Assembly (NCBI GenBank): GCA_002269645.1
Contig: NIVC01004613.1
Coordinates: forward strand, 1-40,501
Origin: Macrostomum lignano
Lineage: Eukaryota
Length of the DNA stretch: 40,501 nt
Reading direction: 5' to 3'
The notes beneath the pieces are model-generated. The model did no database searches, was not told the DNA's origin, and saw only the letters and a list, made by a program, of their open reading frames with translations. Position numbers and translations under genes: made by a program. Shown here piece by piece: positions 29,793-40,501 of the stretch (its first letter is position 1; every line of letters begins with the position of its first letter).

Positions 29793-32700
29793 ATGTCCAC
29801 ATTTTGCGAATCTGATTTCAGCTACATGGGAAGACGAAAGCAGTCTGTTGCCAAGACGTCAATAAAGTATTGTATTCCTGCGTGTCGTAAGCGAGCACGT
29901 ATCGTTCGAACGCCGGTGACATCGAAATGTTGCATTCCGTAAGTATAACTGTTCAAATGATTCACATATTCTTTCCTTGATCGCTAGTTTTTTCTCTACA
30001 GTGATGCCCAGCCTGTATACAACAATGACCCAGCTGAAGAAGAATGGTTGGATATCCAAGACGACCCTATCGTTGCGGAAGAATTCAAGACTCATGACGA
30101 TCGTGCTCAATGCAAGTCAGCAAAGCCAAGCCGTTTCAAGACCTTTTGCAGTGAAGAAAACAACGCTTGGAATGAGTTATTTCAGTCAGGGGTCCTGACT
30201 GTCGGTTTAGCGGGTCACTACAACAAGCGCCCATGTGTCATTTGCGGTTGCAAGACTGAAATATTCCGGTGCCTTAAGTGTCACTTACTATCGGTCTGCT
30301 CCACTTGCTTAGAGGCCCGCCATGCCCATATGCCGCCCCATGCTGTTGAACGCTGGAATGTAAGTTCATACTATTCGGTTCTGCTTTAATTGTGATTATG
30401 TTGCTTATATTGTATTAAAGTATATATTTCTATACTGTATTGAATGCCTTCTTACATGCATTGAGTATTTTCTAAAATATGATACCTAGCAGCAGTGCTC
30501 TTTTCTACCCGCTCGACAGGGTGACTTTTTTGAGGCCGTTTCATCACAAGTGCGGCTTTCTCGGCTGTGCAGCTGTCTTCTCTACAGCGTACTTTCGGTC
30601 ACTATTGTGACTGATGATGGTAATTCTTGGCTGAATTTTGCATTTTTCCTGTTTGCAATAGCTCACTTTGTTAACATAACAAGTCACGTGAACGTGAATG
30701 CTCTAAGTTGCAATATGACGCCGATTGCTACAAAACAAACATCCTATTTAGGAGACACCGATATTCTAGCAAGACTTCACCCAATCAATATAAGTGCTCA
30801 CTACTTCATTTCAGGAATCGAACTGAAAGCCATTCTAGAGATGTGTACATGCACTATGTACCACGCAGCTCTTCTAGCACACAGATTTTGGCCCTTGCAG
30901 CCTCGACCAGAGGGCTCTCGGGAACTGACTGCCGTGTCTATTGAACTGCTACTTCTAATCGATTCGCTGAATTGCAACTGCACAGCATCGTTGTCTTCCA
31001 TTTGCAGTGCTATTAGGCGCTCCAAGAAGTCACTGTGGGCGCAGTCATCAACATCAGAAAGTTCTTTATCAGAATACACAGCTGGCTATTATTCTGTAAT
31101 AGTGTGATGCAGCGTTTACAATCAGTCATTCTCATACCTTTAAATTTTAGATCGATTTATTTAGAGCGCTCAACGTAACTGGGGCGTTCCGGTCTTTCCG
31201 CCGTGTGCTGCAGAGCTTTCGATGGGGAAGAAGGCCATCATGTCCAGCATGCTATGTGGTACAAGATCTTCCTTTCATATATGTATAATCGTACTCTCTC
31301 TCTTTGCAATTCGCTGATTGGCTTTTATCTAAATACCATGTACCTTCCGTAGGTTGATTTGGACTCTGATGCAGAAAAGAGCAGTCCAATTTTCCTGATG
31401 ATGGACGCCTGCTTTGGTCTCCGCCATCAGAGAACTGCAGGCAGAGCTACTTCACCAACTCCAAGTGGCTTTTTCGTTGACTTTGACCTTACTGAAGATC
31501 ACAACCCCTCTGCAGGACACTGTGCGAACTGGAGAGCAGGTGGAAGAGGTCAAACACTAACGACTGCTGCAGACCGGGCCAAACTGGACGTGTTTGGGGC
31601 CTTTTCTGGTTCCTGCAGACACTCTGCTATACGCTACTTGTCCGACATTACTACTCCAGGCGAACGGTAACTAATTGATTGTAATAGAACTTTGTTGCCG
31701 GACTAATTAGCCACATTTTTGCATATTGATAGTGGCAGAGTGGTTATTGTTTTATTCAGTGATTTTATATTGTTTGCAAACTCTAGGAAGACTTAGTGGG
31801 TTGGAGAATAAAGAATGCCTAGCAGTTGGTGTGAGCTGTCGACCAATTAGAAAGGAGAAGGGCTGACAGAATATTAGCGAAGTAAACAAGAAGTAAACAA
31901 GAAAAGTGCAGAGAACTAAGGAATGTATGCTCGTATATAGAAAACGTAAAATGAAAACGAAAGTCGCCGCAATAGTCACAACGTACGCTTTAATTTAAGT
32001 GCAAACTCCGATCAATTCAATCACCAGGCTCAACTACGCCACAACAATGGTTGCCAAAATTTTGGAGGACGTTCCTCCAATGGTTCCCGTTGTTGTCTCA
32101 TACGATATTGGGTGCAAACTGGCTGGTCAGTTTAACGACACTCGTTGTCATTCGCTGTACCGGCGTTTTACAATTACGGGCACGTTCTGCGCTGTCAACT
32201 GACATATGGAATTTGCTCTATTGCCTCCGTTGGCTTGACCGATGGTGAAAGTGTAGAGAGAGTCTGGGCGGATCTGCGACGTTTCGGCCCTCAGGTTAAA
32301 GAGATGGCGCATGACAATCGGCGCGAATTTCTCAATTATCTTGCCGACAGCATGAATTTTCACTGCATTACAAATATCAGTAAGGTTATTATATAGGCTG
32401 ATTAATTATCTGTATTAATATTATTCCATAGAGTATTGAATTGATACCTTAATGCATGGTTGTTGAAATTTTGCGTGAAAAATACGGCAAGCTTAGGCTA
32501 CACATGCTTTAAGCTTTAAGCTTAAACAGTTTAGGCTACACACTTTTTTCTTTTTAGCTACCTGGCTGAGTCACCGCCGAACGGTCCAAAAGAAGGCAGT
32601 GCAACAATTCGAAGCTGACTTTGCTGCATTTCAAGCGCGCCACAATGTGCCCGGTTAGTCCTGACTCACTCCTCATAATTAATCTGTCAATCAAATATTA

Positions 32701-33515
32701 ATAATTTATTACATTAAATATTTGCTGTATCTCCATTAGTGACTCTTGAAGAATTCCTTCAAGAGGCAGCCGATTGGAGGCAAGAGCTGATCAATGTGCT
32801 ATCATCTGCGCGTGAGTCATCTTCGTCCAAGTCGGAGACTATCCGGAAACTATTCGGCATTGCCTGCGAGCGTCAGTATTTACTCAAACATGCGGCAACA
32901 GAGCGTGGTCAACGTATGAACAGGCTACTTCGAGTAGCGACAGACAAGCTGCTCCGCAAGACGAAGACAGTCTGTTCAAAGTTTAACAGCAAAAATCCAA
33001 CGGACCTACTTGATTGGAATAACTTCATTTCGACAGATGCCTCTGGCTTCCAGCAGCTTATAAATGGAGGCACTGTCCGTGTCGAGGTCCTAACTCACAA
33101 GGTGCAAGCCGTAAAACTTCGCGATCTGTACTTTTGATGCTCGGAAGAATCGCTCCTGGTGACTTCAGAGGCAAAGCATGTTTATAATTTTCTTTCTGCT
33201 GCCGTTCTAACTGTGAGCTCAGAGTTGCAAGCCGCCCGAGATAGCAACAGCCCACTCACTGCAGTATTATCTCTTCGGCTAAGTGGTATATTGCGCTAAC
33301 GCCATGCTCATGAAGCAGCTTTCCCGTTCGGAGCTGTGGCAGAGACACAAGTGGATTCGGAGTCGGGCGATTCTCATGACAGTGAATCGGACAATTCGCA
33401 AGCTTTATTGTCTGACAGTGACGATGACTCCGAGTTCAACTTGGAAGGTCAACTGGAACAGGGAAAGGCCGTCAGGGTGTGGGGAATGCCAGCAGGGTAT
33501 AGTAAAGGCCAATAG
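29793..33515 (+). pseudogene. Intron-containing KDZ (Kyakuja-Dileera-Zisupton) transposase with N-terminal CxC cysteine clusters; exons 29793-29938, 30002-30359, 30520-30619, 30815-31034, 31165-31258, 31353-31666, 32028-32379, 32558-32653, 32740-33515
   Basis: CVIC..FRCLKC..CSTC..H..PPH..WNGDFF; CTC..LL..FWP; CPAC; MDACFGL; FSGSCRH..GER; VSYDIGC; VPAFYNYGH..CQ; GLTDGESVERVW; acidic tail. Introns GT-AG in phase. Lesions: 1-nt deletion at ~32145, TGA 33135, TAA 33297. Confidence 0.85.
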
Positions 33516-35040
33516 GGCATGGGAACAAGTGCTAGGACACGGTAAAAAATCATCAAGATATGGTGATGATATCTTAACAGGGTTGGGTAAGGCCATCAGG
33601 GTGTGGGGAAGGCAAGCAGGGTGCGGGGAAGGCAAGCAGGGTGTGGGGAAGGACAGAAGGGTGTGGGGAAGGCAAGCAGGGTGTGGGGAAGGCAAGCAGG
33701 GTGTGGGGAAAGCAAGGAAGGTGTGGGGAAGGCAAGCAGCGTGCGGGGAAGGCAAGCAGGGTGCGGGGAAGGCAAGCAGGGTGCGGGGAAGGCAATCAGG
33801 GTGTAGGGAAGGCAAGCAGGGTGCGGGGAAGGCACGCAGGGTGCGGGGAAGGCAAGTAGGGTGCGGGGAAGGCAAGCAGGGTGTGGGGAAGGCAAGCAGC
33901 GTGCGGGGAAGGACAGAAGGGTGTGGGGAAGGCAAGCAGGGTGTGTGGAAGGCAAGCAGGGTGTGGGGAAAGCAAGGAGGGTGTGGGGAAGGCAAGCAGG
34001 GTATGGGGAAAGCAAGGAGGGTGTAGGGAAGGCAAGCAGGGTGTGGGGAAGGCAAGCAGGGTGTGGGGAAGGCAAGCAGCGTGCGGGGAAGGACAGAAGG
34101 GTGTTGGGAAGGCAAGCAGGGTGTGTGGAAGGCAAGCAAGGTGTGGGGAAAGCAAGGAGGGTGTGGGGAAGGCAAGCAGGGTATGGTGAAAGCAAGGAGG
34201 GTGCGGGGAAGGACAGCAGGGTGTGGGGAAGGCAAGCAGGGTGTGTGGAAGGCAAGCAGGGTGTGGGGAAAGCAAGGAGGGTGTGGGGAAGGCAAGCAGG
34301 GTATGGGGAAAGCAAGGAGGATGTAGGGAAGGCAAGCAGGGTGTGGGGAAGGCAAGCAGGGTGTGGGGAAGGCAAGCAGCGTGCGGGGAAGGACAGAAGG
34401 GTGTTGGGAAGGCAAGCAGGGTGTGTGGAAGGCAAGCAAGGTGTGGGGAAAGCAAGGAGGGTGTGGGGAAGGCAAGCAGGGTATGGGGAAAGCAAGGAGG
34501 GTGCGGGGAAGGACCGCAGGGTGTGGGGAAGGCAAGCAGGGTATGGGAAAGGGTAGCAGGGACAGAGAGTAGGGAAGGCCAGCAGGGTATGGAAAGGGCC
34601 ACCAGGATGTGGGGAAGGCCTGCATTGGTAAGAAAGGGTAGCAGGGTGTGGAAAGCCACTAGGGTATAGTGAAGGGCAATAGGATATAGAGAAAGCTAGC
34701 AGGGTATAGACAAAGGTGGCAGGGTATAGTGAAAAACAGCAAGGTATAGAAAAGGCCACCAGGATGTAGGGAAGGTCTGCATAGGTAGGGCCTAAGAAAG
34801 GGTAGCAGCATATAGGAAGGCCAGTGGGTATAAGGAAGGCTAACAGAATGTGGAAAAGGCTAGCAGGATATGGGAAAAGCCAGTAGGGTATAAGAAGGCC
34901 AGCATGATATAATGAAGGCTAGCAGGAAATAGTAAAAAGCAGCAAGGTATAGAGAAGGCTAGCAGCAGGATATAGACAAAAGTGGCAGGGTATAGTGAAA
35001 AATAGCAGGGTATAGAGAAGGCTAGCAGGGTATGTGTGGG
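33460..35040 (+). repeat. Right 20-bp G-rich minisatellite array with higher-order repeats, degenerate at both edges
   Basis: Core 33590-34550 is near-perfect; same variant order as the left arrays. Confidence 0.95.
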
Positions 35041-37432
35041 GAAGAAAAAGGTTAAAAAACAAAAAATAGAACCTTTTAAATACTAAATACTAATTGGCTT
35101 AGCCTATAACATAAAATAGTAGAATAGAACCAAATTTAATAATAAACTTTAAAATATAAATAATAACTCCATTTATGGAATTTTATGCTAGCAGCTAGTT
35201 ATACTAGGTATATATAATAGGCTATAGTCTATTAGAACCCTAAATTATGCCTGCTCAATATATCAGTTATAGCTTTACTAGATAGTTTCTCTCCTAAACT
35301 CAGTGTTCAAAAAGTAGGATATATAGCCTTAGATTAGTCACACAGTTATTGAGTTACAAAATTGTGCATAGGCCTAGCTACAAACTGAGCGCCATCCTAT
35401 TCCTGTCACGCTTTAAAGTTCACTTAAGTCAGGTCGAGTCTTATTGTTCTCTTGTTCTAATATTAATTCGCTATTTCAGTGATGTGGAAATAATAAACAG
35501 CTAGAGCTACATAAAATAATGTCAAATGTTTCGATACTTGTAACTTTAGAAGTCATCCTAATTATCTAGCATTACTGTACTAGAAAATAGTAGTAAAATC
35601 GCTACTTTGCATAGTGAATTATATAAAAATGAGCAGAAACGGCTGTTCAAATTTGTGCCATTTTGGGGCCTAAGTGCGCATACAAAAGGCAATCAATAGC
35701 ATGCTACCGTATCATATAGCATGACACGGACCGCCTTATAGGCGGTTTTTGCCGTGTTCTATACCGCCTAATGTGTATATACGGCTGTTCTGGAATTGGT
35801 AATATGAAAAGCCTCTTTGTCATCGGATATGACGAAATGGAATATGCCGACGTGACCACGTGACCCTAGACTCTGACTGTAATGATCTTGAATATGGTAG
35901 TAAATTACCCCGAGATTACTTGTGCCCAGAAAGATTCAAAAAGTTTATATTTTTTAAACCAAATATACCAAATCTTTCATATCTAAAAGGCATTGTTTCT
36001 GCCTAATTAAATTTTGAGTACGCCTGGCTTTCTTAATTTTTTCTAAAAATTTCGCGCTTTTTTAATTTAGCGGTAAATTTGAATAGCGCAAGGCGCTATG
36101 GACCGCGTGGCGGAGGCTAATTATTATTGCCTGAGCCAAATTCTTACTACTACTACTAGTACTATAAAAAAAGTTCTGACTGACTGTTTGCTGCCAAATT
36201 GACTTGTCGCTGAATTGACTGTTGCCGCGTCAACCTGTCGCCGAATTAACTGGTTCAATCTGTATATCTCTACATATAAATCAACACTTCATTAATAAAA
36301 CCAAACTATGCTATGTAATACTAATAGGCCTACTATCAAAGGCAAAGTTTTTTAATCAATGTACTAATTTCGTAACAGATATTTAAAATTTTAAACAGAC
36401 AATTAAAATAAACATTTAATGTTTTTTGCCAAAGGGGCAAAGATGGTCAAAGCCTCAATGTAGACTTTATTTTCATAATTTTTTATGCATTTTTAGGCAT
36501 TCTTTTGATGTAAAACTAAGGGCAAGGTATTATTTTTATAGTTGAAAGAAAATAAAATATATATCAAGAAACTATAACTATACTATAGTTTAGCAACAAA
36601 AAATTTTTAGTATTATAATTCATTTTAAGTGCTTAAAGCCTCATTTAAAGGTTGAGACATTGTCACATTATTGGTATAGTGGCTGTAACCCTCAAAAGGG
36701 CCATTTTGACAAAAATTACTTGGCGCGTTAAGTCATTGTAGTCCTAAATTAATTGTGAAGTCAAATTCTTGCGGAGCAGATTGTGTAGCAGAGCACTTGG
36801 CATATAAAGGCAGAGGACTACCGTAAGCTGGTTTATTGTCATTATTAATATGGTTAATGTCAATACAAGCTTATAGCGTTCTGGGGCACTGGCGGCTGTA
36901 GTAGTAGTAGTAGTAAATTTGGCTTAGGCTTAAGGAGCCTGTTTTGCCAGTATAATCCATTGTATTTAGTATTTGTTTATAAGGTTAAATTTTTACACGA
37001 GTTACGATATTTGTAAAAGTAAGGTATTTAAAAGAGCATCTAGAGTTTTTTTAAATGGTTTTCCAGCTGATTAACAACTAACGCCAGAATAACAAGATTC
37101 TAAGCAGGGAAAAATAAAAAATCAATGTTGTATATGTATATATATATATTAGATATTAGTTAGATATTAACAAATATAACAAATATCAAGTATAATTAAG
37201 GATAGCTCTACAATAATAGGCAATTTTTGTAAAAAGATATAATATTTTTGAAAGCGTGTGATATTTCAAAGCGTGAAAAACAAACATAAACATAAGCTAC
37301 TTCGAACAAACTTAGCATCTAACGAGTAACAATGATTTCAATAGGAAATTAAAAAAGACAATAAATGAATAAATAACTGAAAAGCAGATTTGTTACACTG
37401 CTAATGTATCTGATTCAGTTTGTTTAACTGTT

Positions 37433-37700
37433 TTAGCTATTCATGACTTCATATATTTTAGCTACACCAGTGAGTTCTTTTCTGACTCTTTTTTCATTTG
37501 TAGAATATCCTATCTTGTGTATTTGATCACCATATAAAAGGTATTGACAGAAGTATTTTTTCCTGATCTCTTCAGTTTGTAGACATTCGGTCAAGTAGTG
37601 TAGGATGTCAGAACCATTTTGTGCTCCACACATTTTACATGGTTCTTGAGAAAAAGTTGAGTGTAATCTGGCATTTCAGTTTTAGGTGGGTTGTTAAAAA
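37433..37700 (-). mobile_element. Degenerate non-LTR retrotransposon ORF2 C-terminal fragment
   Basis: PCKMCGAQNGSDILHYLTECLQTEEIRKKY gives a CX2CX9HX4C knuckle followed by RKKY, typical of LINE ORF2 ends; frameshifted upstream. Confidence 0.5.
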
Positions 37701-38189
37701 ATTTTTTGTTTCTAAATGTGCATGGAAAGTAATCTGAAAGGTCAGGCCTGCAGATTTTTTTGTATTTTTTTGGCTGCAACAATGGGTTGATGTAATTGAA
37801 ATTATGAAGTCAAGTAGTTGACAAAGGATGCAGTGGCGAGGCAATGTAGTAAGTGATGGCGGTGAGCACAGTGATGGCAGTGAGTAGCAAGTAGACAAGC
37901 AGACAGGTAGTGGCGGGATTGGGCGTTAGCCTATGGCAGTACAAGGTGGAGCAAGAATGTGTAAACAAGTCTGGCCCAGACGGAGTGGAGCTGTGGCAAG
38001 AGATAAAAAGAGAGAGGGAAAGGAAGAAAAGGAAGGAACGCAAGTGAAGACCCCCAGTCCGCCGCCAGGCAGGGTTAATAAAGGAGCGCAGGAGGGTTAG
38101 CATAATATATGCGGAGAGTTATCATTGGCTGGCACTGACTAAAAAGGGACTAGTGCACTAAATAAATAAATTATACTAACTAAAATGGG

Positions 38190-38530
38190 GATTATTGCAC
38201 TATCTGAGAAAGGACTATTGTATTGCACTAGCTTAGAAAGGGATTATTGTGCTAGTTAAGATACAGGTCAATGCATTTAATAATTTGATAAAAAATAATG
38301 CACTTGATAAGTAAAGAATTATTGCACTTGATGAGAAAAGGATTATTGCACTAAGGGATATTGCACTAGACAGGGATTATTGCATTGGCTTAAAACAGAA
38401 CTATTGCACTGGCTAAGAAATTGATTATTGTAGTAGATAAAAATGATTTTTGCATTAGCTGAAAAAAGGATTATTGCACTAGCTAGGAAATGATTATTGT
38501 GGTAGTTGAGACATGGATTATTGCATAATC
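38190..38530. repeat. Degenerate tandem repeat, core GATTATTGCACT
   Basis: Core recurs about 10 times at irregular spacing. Confidence 0.7.
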
Positions 38531-38664
38531 TGAGAAAGCAATTTAATTGCATTAGCTAAAGAAATAGTTGCATTAGCTACTTGCTGACTGACTGACTTGT
38601 CTGACTATTATAGCTGTAAGACTATTATATAGTAAATAAATATATACTATATACATGTATACAA

Positions 38665-38755
38665 TCCAATATACTAAAAATGGTCTGTCTGTGTCTATCT
38701 ATGTGATCGATTAAAGAAAAAATGGCTGGACCGATTTTGTTCGAACTTTCACTGT
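38665..38755 (+). mobile_element. Helitron-like non-autonomous element 5' end
   Basis: A|TCCAATATACTAAAAATGGTCTGTCTGT...GGCTGGACCGATTTTG; TC start, TCTG microsatellite and the GGCTG.ACCGATTT motif resemble animal non-autonomous Helitrons; 3' CTRR end not identified. Confidence 0.5.
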
Positions 38756-39289
38756 TCGATCAGAAATTTTCCCGTGACGGTACATGCATCGTGGCTAAGA
38801 AATTGCTCGATGCTAAAGGCATTAAATATTCGAAAAACATGCTTTTTTGCAAAGGTCAAGCAAACTTTTCGACTTGAAATGCATTGTAAGAATGCTAGAG
38901 AAAAAACTGACTGGTTGAATTCTGATTCTGAAATAGATTGCATCATAACTGAATTGTAACTCCGACTTGAATTGAAAATGCAGTGTGGAAGCATAGCACC
39001 AGACTTGATTTAAATTTCGTAATCATATTTATTGTTAACTGATACTGACTGACTGAGAAACTGATTATGACATAATTGCTTCGTGTGATTTACTCTATGC
39101 TTGGATTTTAAAGTGTTGAATTATATAAGTGCAAAATTTGATGTTATCAAAACGATGAGAGCTAGACTAGAGGTAAACAGACTGAACTGCTAAATGCAGC
39201 GACGATGGTTCGAATTTTCATAGAGTATAATTTTTTTAATTAAAGCTTTTCAACATCAGGAAAACTAAAATACTTTTAAGAAGAAGCGT

Positions 39290-40501
39290 CGTGTAAAAAT
39301 CATAGAAGCGCCATGTAAAAAATCATAGAAGTGTCATGTAAAAAATCATAGAAGCGTCATGTAAACAATCATAGAAGTGTCATGTAAAAAATCGTAGAAG
39401 CATTATATAAAAATCATAGAAGCGTCATGTAAAAATTCATAGAAGCGTCATGTAAACAATCATAGAAGCGTCATGTAAACAATCATAGAAGCGTCATTTA
39501 AAAATCACAGATGCATCATTTAAAAAATCATAGAAGCGTCATGTAAACAATCATAGAAGCGTCATGTAAAAAATCAGAGAAGCGTCATGTAAACAATCAT
39601 AGAAGCGTCATGTAAACAATCATAGAAGCGCCATGTAAAAAATTGTAGAAGCGTCATGTAAACAATCATAGAAGCGTCATGTAAAAAATCATAGAAGCGT
39701 CATAAAAAATCAGAGAAGCGTCATGTAAAAAATCGTAGAAGTGTCATTTAAAAATCATAGAAGCATTATTTAAAAATCATAGAAGCGTCATGTAAACAAT
39801 CATAGAAGCATCATGTAAACAATCATAGAAGCGTCATGTAAAAACTCTTAGAAGCGTCATTTGAAAATCATAGAAGCGTTATTTAAAAAAATCATAGAAG
39901 CGTCATGTAAACAATCATAGAAGCGTCATGTAAACAATCATGTAAGCGTCATGTAAAAAATCATAGAAGCGTCATGTAAAAAATTGTAGAAGTGTCATGT
40001 AAAAAATCATAGAAGCGTCATGTAAAAAATCGTAGAAGCGTCATGTAAACAATCATAGAAGCGTCATGTAAAAATCATAGAAGCGCCATGTAAAAATCAT
40101 AGAAGCGTCATGTAAAAATTCATAGAAGCATCATGTAAACAATCATAGAAGCGTCATGTAAACAATCATAGAAGCGTCATTTAAAATCACAGATGCGTCA
40201 TTTAAAAAATCATAGAAGCGTCATGTAAACAATCATAGAAGCGTCATGTAAAAATCAGAGAAGCGTCATGTAAAATCATAGAAGCGTCATGTAAACAATC
40301 ATAGAAGCGCCATGTAAAAAATTGTAGAAGCGTCATGTAAACAATCATAGAAGCGTCATGTAAAAAATCATAGAAGCATCATATAAAAAATCATAGAAGC
40401 GTCATGTAAAAAATTGTAGAAGTGTCATTTAAAAATCATAGAAGCATTATTTAAAAAATCATAGAAGCGTCATGTAAACAATCATAGAAGCATCATGTAA
40501 A
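39290..40501. repeat. 22-23-bp tandem satellite (ATCATAGAAGCGTCATGTAAACA), ~50 copies, runs off the window
   Basis: Direct inspection. Confidence 0.98.

Noticed and set aside
30550-30814. Read-through of KDZ intron 3 as coding (open in frame)
   Set aside because: Splicing 30619 to 30815 gives the compact TIVTDDG-IELKAILEMCTC spacing expected for the cysteine cluster; retention cannot be excluded without cDNA.
28627-34759. Many GKASRV/PCLPSPH ORFs of 70-400 aa
   Set aside because: Artefacts of the 20-bp minisatellite, open in most frames on both strands.
35724-35757. GC hairpin ACCGCC-TTATA-GGCGGT followed by a T run, terminator-like
   Set aside because: Intrinsic terminators are bacterial; no upstream gene or supporting element boundary.
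36129-36930. Inverted pair GCCTGAGCCAAATT-(ACT)n at ~36130 and ~36900
   Set aside because: Only ~30 bp; could be two retroposon tails or a TIR, with no TSD or body to decide.
1-40501. Tandem arrays as possible CRISPR arrays
   Set aside because: Units are contiguous with no unique spacers, there are no cas genes, and the context is eukaryotic.

Overview
Repeat-dense, intron-containing eukaryotic DNA, probably an invertebrate metazoan (host not identifiable from sequence alone). It is not prokaryotic, and I found no CRISPR, rRNA or intact tRNA. Host genes, all on the minus strand: a 5-exon TatD DNase (TATDN3-like, one 1-nt frameshift), an intronless SOSS-C/INIP homologue, and an unrecognised 10-exon gene of about 771 aa that I assembled by hand (GT-AG introns, consistent phases, 24 x 11-aa coding repeat, NLSs). 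Its introns carry a tRNA-derived SINE, a MULE-type MITE and a truncated Penelope-like element with a 12-bp TSD and a minimal hammerhead ribozyme. The centre is a full-length 10.9-kb Gypsy LTR element (AAGG TSD, -1 frameshift signal, hairpin array, extra ORF) decayed mainly by C-to-T/CpG changes, with a 5'-truncated RNase H LINE inserted in gag. To the right is a 9-exon KDZ (Kyakuja-Dileera-Zisupton-type) transposase pseudogene bracketed by inverted G-rich 20-bp minisatellite arrays, the left one a foldback. All alignments, counts and splice models are manual.
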